This document shows, piece by piece, positions 51,891-59,736 of a stretch of 64,000 nucleotides of DNA. Made by a program: the position numbers and the translations under genes. Every line of letters begins with the position of its first letter. Positions within the stretch are counted from its first letter, which is position 1. Under the pieces are notes generated by a model that made no database searches, was not told the DNA's origin, and saw only the letters and a list, made by a program, of their open reading frames with translations. Origin of the DNA: Thermoplasmata archaeon (GTDB lineage Archaea; Thermoplasmatota; Thermoplasmata; Lutacidiplasmatales; UBA184); assembly GCA_028864975.1 (NCBI GenBank), contig JAGWLG010000017.1, positions 1,624 through 65,623 of the forward strand. The letters are read 5' to 3'.

Positions 51891-52048
51891 CTCCCCTCGA
51901 GGGGGAACCGACCGAGGACGAGCCTGGGTACGAACGTTTTTGCCCCCGCGAGGCCAGTCACTCTTCACCGACCGGTGGTGGGCCCTCCGTCCCGTCCGAA
52001 CGGAGGTCCGACAGGACCGGGCGAACGCGTGGAAGGTGGAACCGGCCG

Positions 52049-55000
52049 ATGGGAGGAGGGCCGCCCGCGAGCCTCGTTCCCCGAGGTCGGGCCCTTCGTC
52101 GCGACCGACACGGGAGGGTCCCCTACGCCTTCGCGGCCTTGGTCGTGGGGTTGGCCCTCCTCTTGCTCGTGAGCTCGCTGCTCTCCTCCGAGGTCCTCTG
52201 GACGGGAGGGATTACCGGGCACGACACCGAGATCGTCGATCAGGCGATGACGAGCGCGGTCGCGATGCTCGAGGAGAACGCCAGTGAGGCCCTGCTAGGG
52301 GAGCTCGCCCATCTTCTCGAGGGAGGAGCGAACCTGCCCCTGCAGCTCCTGAACTCGTCGGTCGCCTCCGACGTTCAGCAGTACGTGGCCACGGCCTTCC
52401 ACGGCTCCACCACGCACTCCCCCCTCTGCCCCTCGGGACGCGACATGGGGCCGGCGACCGTCTGCGTGCTCTCCTTCTGGGTGGGAGTGACCTTCCCTTC
52501 GTGGCAAGGGAACGGGCTGGCCCCGAACGTCGCGCCGACACCGCCGGACGCGGGCAGCGCCTGGCCCGCGATGCCGGGACAGGAGGTCTCGACGACCGGA
52601 TTCTCGGTGCCTGCGCAGGTCAACGAGACCCCCTTTCCTGCGGTGGTGGGGGCCTTCGTCCTCTCTGCGGTCGACCCGAGCGGGACGTCGACGGTGGCGA
52701 GCTACCCCTTCCTCCGTACCGAGACGGTGCCCCTCGGGCTCCTGGAGTCCTCCTCGGACCTCTTCACGGCGGACCTGACCGGCCCGGACGGTGGCTTCGC
52801 CCGACTCGCGGCCTACATCCTCTCCACCGTGGCGGAGCTACGCGCGCTCCTGGGGTACGGGAGCGGAGGGTACTCGGGTCCGGACACGGGGGCGACGACA
52901 GGGGTCGCCGAGGTCCTTACGCCGGCGGACGTGGCGAACGCGGGGGCGCTGGCCGTGATGGTCGAGACCCTCTACACCTTCCATGCGACCGACCCCAGCG
53001 CCGTCACGCTCTTCGGCAATTCCCTTCCTCCTCGCTTTTCCTCGCTCCTGCACGCGGCCCTTCAGGGGCGCATCGACGGGGCCGCGCTCTTCCTCTACCT
53101 CGAGAGCACGCCCGGGTCGCTCTGGTCGAACGAGAACGTCGCCGTGGGGGAGACGCTGGCCCAGGCGATCTCCTCGTTCTCGGACCGCTTCACCTTCGAC
53201 CTCCTGCACACGATCTGGGGGGCGCAGACCGTCGATCCCACGCTGCGGGAACCGGTCGCGGACTGGGCGTTCGTCTGGTCGCTCACCTCTCAGTGGGCGC
53301 AGGCGCGTCTCTCCCAGTACATGACCCAATACCGGTCGTGGATGGGCTCGCAGCTCTCGCATCTCACGAGCTACACGGGGACCTCCCCCGTGGGGATCAT
53401 GGGGGCGTGGGCCGACCAGGACGGACCTGGGGACCTGCTCTGCTACTACCCCTCGACCGGGGGCCCCATCTGGGTCGGTATCCCCGACTTCTACACGATC
53501 TTCCCAGGGGGAAGCTACTCCGCGACCACGGGGGCGGTGGGGAACACCACGTCGCTCGTGCTGGGGAATCCCAACGCGGCGGCCCCCTACAACCCTGCCC
53601 CCTACGTCGTCAAGACCACGCTCAAGATCAACGCTCAAGGCGGCCCGTCGACGATCAAGCACACGTTCGACTACACGCTCGTCGACAGCTCGCTGCTCGG
53701 GGAGTACACCACTTCGACTCCGACGAACGGAGCGTCGAACGACACGCTGACCCAGCTCCTGACCGACCTTTCCTGGAGCATGAGCACCCCCGCCGGCTCT
53801 TCCCTCTCCTCGCCGGGGTACGTTCCGTACGTCGCGGGTTGGATGGATGGGCAGGTCCCGTCAGGGCTCTCTACGAGCTCGGTGGGCGTTCCCGACCCCA
53901 CCTCCCCGCTCCAATTGGGGCCATCGGGGGCCGGGTCGACCTACCTTCAGGACGGGGTGGGCTCGCTCTACTCGGGGCCCTTCGCCTCCGCGCTCTCGAC
54001 GCTCGCCGCCGACGAGCCAACGCAGTCCTCCTCCTGGTTCGTCCAAGGAGCGGAGTATCCCCGGGGGCTGGGGTCGGGGCCGAACCAGGGGGACGCGAAC
54101 TCGCTGCTCGACATCGCGCGCCTCGCGGTGCGCCTCTGGACGATGATGGACTACAACCTCTACTGGGGCGGCATCGGGCAGATCACGCCCATCTACACCT
54201 TCGGGCCGGTCTCCTACCAGCAGCAGGCCCCGTACGACGAGCGCATCTCCTCGCCGCCCGCCCCCTACAGCTTCCCGGACTTACCCCAGGACCTCCAGGT
54301 TTCCGCCTTCGATGACATCTACAAGTGGATCTCGACGCACACGGCCTCCCCGTCCTGCTCGTACGACTCGGCGTGCCAGGCCGGGTATTACGGCGCGATC
54401 TGCGTCAGCCCCTGGGGGCCGGGGAGCGGCTACTTCAACGCGCTCGCGCTCTACTTCTGGAACCCGCAGGGGGTCTGGGACGCCCTCGCCCCCTCGACCC
54501 TGACCGTCGCCGCGGGGTCGGTGGGGAGGGTCGCCTCGCAAGCGCAACCGGCCCTCGTGAGTGCTTGGGCGGACACCGGCAACGCCCACTGGAACTCGGC
54601 GTACTTCCGCTCCTGGGTCGAGCAGAGCCTGGGAGGCTCAGAGGTGCTGCCCGACATGGCCAGCCTCGCCTCGACCTGGGCGCCGGAGCTCTACGGGAAC
54701 GCCCAGAGCTGGAACTCGCGCGTCCTGGACGAGCACACGCTGGTCGACCAACCCACGCTGCTTGGAGGGTTGCCGTTCCAGGCCTGGCAGGGGAACCGTT
54801 CTCAGGCCGTGGCCGGCGGGGGATTGTTGGACGAAGGACCTCCCCAGGTGTCGCTCGCGCTTCGTGGTACGACGCTCGGGCTCTCCCCGCCGCTCGAGAC
54901 GCTCCAGTTCGTCGACCCGCAGGACCGGTCGTCAGACATGGGGATCTCCCCGTTCCAGACGACCTGGGACGTGCGGTACTCGTCGACGGTGGACCTGGTG

Positions 55001-56521
55001 CTCACCGTCCCCGGGGACCCGGTCCTTCCGGGGCCGAGCGGCCCCGAGCCCACGCGGCTCGCCCTCAGTGTGCCGTTGCACGCGGAGTTCCCCGTGACGG
55101 TGGTGACCCCTTGGCCCCTCGAGACCGGGGCGCAGGGGGTCCCGAGCGACCCGACGCTCACCTACACCCGGGGGCTGACCGGCATCGAGGGGGCGGACGT
55201 CCACGTCGCACGGAACCCGGACTTCCTGCCGGGGACCTACGTCTCGCCGACCCTGATCGACCTGCTCGGCCGGGTGGGGATCGTCGGGGGCGAGGTGCTC
55301 GGGGAGACGACCGCCGACGCGTCGCTACTCTCCGCCCTACCGGACACGGCCGCGTCGGGAGGGCCGGGGGCGGCGGAGGGGCTGGGGGATGGCCTCGACT
55401 ACGCGACGAACGCCATGGTCGCGACGGACCAGCAGGGTAACTCCGCCTCGGTCCGGGGGGACATGGGCACGATGAACTCGCTCCTTTCTCGGATCGGCTT
55501 CCCGTCGCTTCTCTACCTCAACAACTATGCTTTCCTGGGAGACAACCTTTCGTTGACCCTCCAAGGGACCTACGTGGCGACCTTCGGAGAGGGCACGAAC
55601 GCGGCCAGCGTGCTCGACGCGTCCCTCACCTTCTCCGCGAGCGCGCTCTCGTTCATCTCGGTCGACTACGACAACGCTTACGCACCCTACACGTTCTCCC
55701 TCGTCCACACGCCGAACGGGGCCACGGGCCTGGGGCTCCAGTTGCGCGCGGGATGGCTCCGTTGGGGGGTCACATCCTCACTTGCCCTCACCGCCCCGGG
55801 GGGAGGACCGGCAGGGCCCTCGGGAGGCGGGCCGACGGCGCTCGGTGCGCTCTACGTTCCCGCCCTCGGGACCACGGTGCCCTCTGCGGACCTCTACGAG
55901 CAAGGTTCTCCCTCGCTCCCCTCCCCGGCGGCCGGGGCGTACTCGCGTTCGGTGGGCGAGTGGCTCTCCTCGTACGGTCCCACCGCGCCGCCCACGTTCG
56001 ACGAGGTGGTCTCGGCCGAGCAGTTCGCCTTCGGGTACTACTACGACTCCGTCCGACAGTCGGGACTCTCAGGGACGTTGGACAGGATCGACCTGGGCGT
56101 CTCGCTCGGCTTGGGGAACACCTGGTCCTCCGGTAGCATCGCCTACGCTCCCGGTGGCGCGGTGACGGCTGCGGGGTTGGAAACGTTCCTCGAGTGGGCC
56201 GTCAGCGCGAACCGACCGCTCGCCTATGCCCTGGGCGAGCCGACCCCCGATGAGCAGGTCATCGCGCAGCTCCCCCCCTCGCTTCTCGCTTCGGTGTTCT
56301 GGAACGATAGTCTCGGTGGCTGCGGCGGGGGCCTGGGGTCGTGTCCCGCGGTGGGCGACGTGTACGCGAACTACCCCGGCGCGTTCTCCTCGCCGAACCT
56401 GGCCGCGATCGAGTCGGACCTTGGCGGACTGGGCGGCGGGCTCTCGAACCACCCCGAGGTCATTCTAGGGGGCAACGGACCCTCGGGGAGCTCCCCCTTC
56501 CTCGGGCAGCTCACGTACTGA
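52049..56521 (+). CDS. Giant (1490 aa) N-terminally anchored extracytoplasmic protein with no recognisable domains
   Basis: N-terminus 'RGRALRRDRHGRVPYAFAALVVGLALLLLVSSLL' has a basic stretch followed by a hydrophobic helix. The rest is Ser/Thr/Gly/Ala-rich and aromatic-rich, with no internal repeats or motifs that I can name. It is transcribed divergently from the pilus-like operon. Confidence 0.8.
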   Translation: MGGGPPASLVPRGRALRRDRHGRVPYAFAALVVGLALLLLVSSLLSSEVLWTGGITGHDTEIVDQAMTSAVAMLEENASEALLGELAHLLEGGANLPLQLLNSSVASDVQQYVATAFHGSTTHSPLCPSGRDMGPATVCVLSFWVGVTFPSWQGNGLAPNVAPTPPDAGSAWPAMPGQEVSTTGFSVPAQVNETPFPAVVGAFVLSAVDPSGTSTVASYPFLRTETVPLGLLESSSDLFTADLTGPDGGFARLAAYILSTVAELRALLGYGSGGYSGPDTGATTGVAEVLTPADVANAGALAVMVETLYTFHATDPSAVTLFGNSLPPRFSSLLHAALQGRIDGAALFLYLESTPGSLWSNENVAVGETLAQAISSFSDRFTFDLLHTIWGAQTVDPTLREPVADWAFVWSLTSQWAQARLSQYMTQYRSWMGSQLSHLTSYTGTSPVGIMGAWADQDGPGDLLCYYPSTGGPIWVGIPDFYTIFPGGSYSATTGAVGNTTSLVLGNPNAAAPYNPAPYVVKTTLKINAQGGPSTIKHTFDYTLVDSSLLGEYTTSTPTNGASNDTLTQLLTDLSWSMSTPAGSSLSSPGYVPYVAGWMDGQVPSGLSTSSVGVPDPTSPLQLGPSGAGSTYLQDGVGSLYSGPFASALSTLAADEPTQSSSWFVQGAEYPRGLGSGPNQGDANSLLDIARLAVRLWTMMDYNLYWGGIGQITPIYTFGPVSYQQQAPYDERISSPPAPYSFPDLPQDLQVSAFDDIYKWISTHTASPSCSYDSACQAGYYGAICVSPWGPGSGYFNALALYFWNPQGVWDALAPSTLTVAAGSVGRVASQAQPALVSAWADTGNAHWNSAYFRSWVEQSLGGSEVLPDMASLASTWAPELYGNAQSWNSRVLDEHTLVDQPTLLGGLPFQAWQGNRSQAVAGGGLLDEGPPQVSLALRGTTLGLSPPLETLQFVDPQDRSSDMGISPFQTTWDVRYSSTVDLVLTVPGDPVLPGPSGPEPTRLALSVPLHAEFPVTVVTPWPLETGAQGVPSDPTLTYTRGLTGIEGADVHVARNPDFLPGTYVSPTLIDLLGRVGIVGGEVLGETTADASLLSALPDTAASGGPGAAEGLGDGLDYATNAMVATDQQGNSASVRGDMGTMNSLLSRIGFPSLLYLNNYAFLGDNLSLTLQGTYVATFGEGTNAASVLDASLTFSASALSFISVDYDNAYAPYTFSLVHTPNGATGLGLQLRAGWLRWGVTSSLALTAPGGGPAGPSGGGPTALGALYVPALGTTVPSADLYEQGSPSLPSPAAGAYSRSVGEWLSSYGPTAPPTFDEVVSAEQFAFGYYYDSVRQSGLSGTLDRIDLGVSLGLGNTWSSGSIAYAPGGAVTAAGLETFLEWAVSANRPLAYALGEPTPDEQVIAQLPPSLLASVFWNDSLGGCGGGLGSCPAVGDVYANYPGAFSSPNLAAIESDLGGLGGGLSNHPEVILGGNGPSGSSPFLGQLTY

Positions 56522-56563
56522 GAGGGAGCGCCCGCCTCGGCGCGGATCGGTGGACGAGGTGCC

Positions 56564-59500
56564 TCACGGAGAGGGAGGAGCGAACGCCCCGGCGTCCGAA
56601 GGGGGGGAGGGGTCGGAGCTACCTGCTCCGGGTATCGTCTCGACCGGAGCGGGGCTCTGGGTTTCGCCCTCCGGGGGCGTCTTCAGCGACGAGGTTCCCG
56701 CGCCACCCCGTCCCCCGCCCCCGCCTCCCTTGCGACGGCGTCGAGAACGGCTCTGACCGCGTAGGAAGAGCAGGAGGCCTAGCACGACGACGACCGCGAG
56801 GACCACGCCACCGAAGACGAGGGCCCCGAGCGTCCCCTCGTACCACGGCTTCGCGGGAGGAGGAGCGGGGGTCTGGTTCCCACCGCCACCGCCCCCTCCG
56901 CCGCCACCGCCGCCCCCACCGCTGCAGCTCGCCCCCGACGAGGTCGTGGAGGTCGCGATGACCTGGACGGGGGTGATCCCCGCGGCGGAGCTGGTCGCGT
57001 CGGTGACGCGGAGCGAGACGGAGTAGGTCCCTGTGGCGGTGAACGTGTGGCTCGCCGAAGAGATCGCGATCGCGCTGGAGAAGGTGGTGCCGTCCCCGAA
57101 GTCGACGACGATCGTGTACGGGGACGTCCCTCCCGAGGCCACCCAGGAGGCGGACACCGAGAGCGGGGCGCATCCCGTGGTGGGACTGACCGTCCCCGAG
57201 AGGCTGAGCGGGGCGGCCACCGTCACCGTGCCCGTCAGGTTGAGGACGACGCCGACCGAGTCCGAGACGTTGACCCAGACCCGGAACGTCCCCGCCTGGG
57301 TGATGTGGAAGGTGGCGGAATACCCCGAAGCGGTCCCCCACGGGGTGTGGAAGGTGGGGACCCCGTAGGGCTGGACCCCTCCCGAGATCCCGACGAGCGT
57401 CAGGGTGAGGTTGGCGGGGGCGTCGAGCGTGGCCGAACTGGCGTCGAGGGTCCCAGCGAAGGGGGCCGGGAGCTCGACGACATCGGCCGTCCCGTTCAAC
57501 GAGCCATCTCCCGCCCAGAGGAGGCCGTTCGCGGCGAGCGTGCTCGGGGGCCACTGCCAGAGGACGCCCACGCCGGTCGTGAGGTCCTGCTGCGACACCC
57601 CGACGACCCCTTGCAGGACCTCCGGGCCCGGGACGGTCGGGGACTGTTCGTACCCCTGGGCGCCCAGGAGATAGGTGTTCCCCAGGGTCGAGAGCGAAGT
57701 GACGCTGAGGACGTTGGACGGCAGGGGGAGGGGCACCGTGAGGTCGAAGGCGCCCTGCCCTCCTTGGGTCCAGTTGACGAGGGCCCCCGGTCCTCCGATC
57801 CAGTAGGTGCTCCCGTTCCAGGTCGAGGCGAGAGGGACGAAGAGGTTGGAGACGAAGTCGATGCTCTCGTTCTTGAGCGCCGGGGTCGCGGCGGGGTCGT
57901 AGAAGAAGAAGTCGCCGATCCCCGAGGCCTCCGGCTGCTGCTCGCCTCCGACGAAGGCGGGTCCTCCTCCCTGGGGGGTGATCGTGGTGACCTCGCTGAG
58001 CGAGGTGAGCGCGCCGGAGAGGTTCGCCCAGGTCCCGGCCCCGGGGGCGAAGGAAAAGAGACCCCCTCCCGCGCTGACCTCGGTCGTGAGGCTCGTTACC
58101 TTCTGCAGGAGACCGCCGACGAGCAGTCGGCCGCTGTCCCAGGCCATCGCACCGATGACGAGGTTCGGGTCAAGCCCGGAGGAGATGTCGGTAACCGTCC
58201 CGGTGGTCGTGTTGAACTTGAACACTCGGACCCCATCGGAGAGGTAGACCGCGGCGCCTGAGGCGGCCGCGTAGGAGAGGGGAAGGGTCCCGGAGGGAAG
58301 GCTGCTGGTCAGGTCCGCGGTGGTCAGATTGCCGAGGTCGATCGCGGCGAGACTGCCGGAGGTCCCGTTCGTCCCGGCCGCGTAGAGATGGCCCTCATCC
58401 AGGGCCATCGATGCCGCATCGACGAGGCCGGTACCGAGGGCGCCGCGGATCGAGACGTAGCCTCCCGCCGAGGTCCAGCTCCCGAGGGCGGCGGCGGCCC
58501 CGTTCGTCCAGCCCCCGACCATCAGCGTGGTCCCGTTCCAGTCGATGGTGAGAGGGGCCAGGCCCTTCGGGAAGGGGGAGGGAGGCGACAGGGGCGTGGC
58601 GGCTCCCGTCAGGACGTTCACGGTCGCCGCCCCTGCGGAGGATGCGACCGTGAGACCGTTGGCCACGTTGGGGTCGGGGGCGGCCGCCGTCGGGGTTCCC
58701 GCGGAGCCCGACAGGGGAGCCGTCAGGTTCACGAACGCGCCCCCGGTGAGGTTGACCAGTCCCGTGTAGCGTCCCTGGGAGGTCACGAGGACGTAGCTCC
58801 CTCTCGAACCGACGGGCACGACGGGGGCGGGGAACGTCGCGGGGAGGAGCGTCGTGAGGTTGGTGAACGCCCATGCCCCGCTGGCGAAGGTCAGGAGCCC
58901 GATCGTCCCCAAGGGGCCGCTTCCTGCCACGAAGACGCCCGAGGCGACGGTGAGCGCTCCGAAGAGCGCCTGGAAGGAGGCGGGGACCCCTGCGAACTGG
59001 CCGAAGCCGACGGAATCGTTGTAGACCACGACGATCGGGGCGGGGGTTCCGCTCGAATAGTTCCCTCCCACCAGAGCGACCTGCGAGCCCACAACGCCTC
59101 CGCCGCCGAGCACTTGGAGCCCGAGCGGAGTGAACCCGTAGGCGGGGTGGAAGCTCGCGTTCGAGACGTTCTGCTCCATCAGGGCGGGAGTGCCGCTCGC
59201 TTGACCCCAGAGGAAAACCGTGGGATACTGGCCGGGGACCAGCGCCCCGGTCTCCCGAGCCCCCAGGGCGTTCGCGGGCAGGGTGTTGAGGAAGGTCCCT
59301 GTGGCGTCGCGAACCGCGGGGGAAGCTCCCACCGACAGTGTGCCGAGCTTCGACCCCGTCGCGTTGTCCGTGCCGATCAGGTCGAACTTCCCGCTAGGGA
59401 GCGTGAGGACCTGGTCGACCGAGCTCCAGGACCCTCCGGGGAGCTGGGGTAGGAGCGAGGAGAGGGAGTGCGGGGGCTCCGGGGTCGAGTTCGTGCTCAG

Positions 59501-59677
59501 GAGGATGTCCGAAGGGACCCGTGGCTCCGGGGCCTTGAGGTGTGCAAGGTGAATCCCCGAGGAGGATGGGAGGGCCTTTGCGGAGGCACCGACCGCGGGC
59601 GGCAGCGTGGGCAGCACGACAAGGACGAGGATCGCAAGGACGAGCGCGTGTCCGACGGGGGTCTTGAGCTTCACCAC
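56564..59677 (-). CDS. Large secreted protein (1037 aa) with a C-terminal PKD domain, poly-Gly linker, TM anchor and basic/Pro-rich tail
   Basis: Signal peptide ALVLAILVLVVLPTLPPAVGASA. PKD: 'TTGCAPLSVSASWVASGGTSPYTIVVDFGDGTT...HTFTATGTYSVSLRVTDA'. A G-run is followed by TM LGALVFGGVVLAVVVVLGLLLF and SRSRRRRK. Confidence 0.8.
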   Translation of the reverse strand: MVKLKTPVGHALVLAILVLVVLPTLPPAVGASAKALPSSSGIHLAHLKAPEPRVPSDILLSTNSTPEPPHSLSSLLPQLPGGSWSSVDQVLTLPSGKFDLIGTDNATGSKLGTLSVGASPAVRDATGTFLNTLPANALGARETGALVPGQYPTVFLWGQASGTPALMEQNVSNASFHPAYGFTPLGLQVLGGGGVVGSQVALVGGNYSSGTPAPIVVVYNDSVGFGQFAGVPASFQALFGALTVASGVFVAGSGPLGTIGLLTFASGAWAFTNLTTLLPATFPAPVVPVGSRGSYVLVTSQGRYTGLVNLTGGAFVNLTAPLSGSAGTPTAAAPDPNVANGLTVASSAGAATVNVLTGAATPLSPPSPFPKGLAPLTIDWNGTTLMVGGWTNGAAAALGSWTSAGGYVSIRGALGTGLVDAASMALDEGHLYAAGTNGTSGSLAAIDLGNLTTADLTSSLPSGTLPLSYAAASGAAVYLSDGVRVFKFNTTTGTVTDISSGLDPNLVIGAMAWDSGRLLVGGLLQKVTSLTTEVSAGGGLFSFAPGAGTWANLSGALTSLSEVTTITPQGGGPAFVGGEQQPEASGIGDFFFYDPAATPALKNESIDFVSNLFVPLASTWNGSTYWIGGPGALVNWTQGGQGAFDLTVPLPLPSNVLSVTSLSTLGNTYLLGAQGYEQSPTVPGPEVLQGVVGVSQQDLTTGVGVLWQWPPSTLAANGLLWAGDGSLNGTADVVELPAPFAGTLDASSATLDAPANLTLTLVGISGGVQPYGVPTFHTPWGTASGYSATFHITQAGTFRVWVNVSDSVGVVLNLTGTVTVAAPLSLSGTVSPTTGCAPLSVSASWVASGGTSPYTIVVDFGDGTTFSSAIAISSASHTFTATGTYSVSLRVTDATSSAAGITPVQVIATSTTSSGASCSGGGGGGGGGGGGGGNQTPAPPPAKPWYEGTLGALVFGGVVLAVVVVLGLLLFLRGQSRSRRRRKGGGGGGRGGAGTSSLKTPPEGETQSPAPVETIPGAGSSDPSPPSDAGAFAPPSP

Positions 59678-59736
59678 GGTCTCCGTCCCGGGTCAGCGCG
59701 CGCTGACAGGGGGCGCGGGAGCAAGTCCGCAGGGGT

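Noticed and set aside
41464-51961. Interpreting the operon as a bacterial Tad (Flp) pilus locus, and the contig as actinobacterial.
   Set aside because: The platform protein is a single fused 720-aa FlaJ-type gene rather than separate TadB and TadC. No CpaB/RcpC, secretin, TadZ or Flp gene is present. Promoter-like boxes, leaderless spacing, the envelope-protein anchoring style and the surface-repeat type all point to an archaeon. A marker-gene check on the full contig or genome would settle it.
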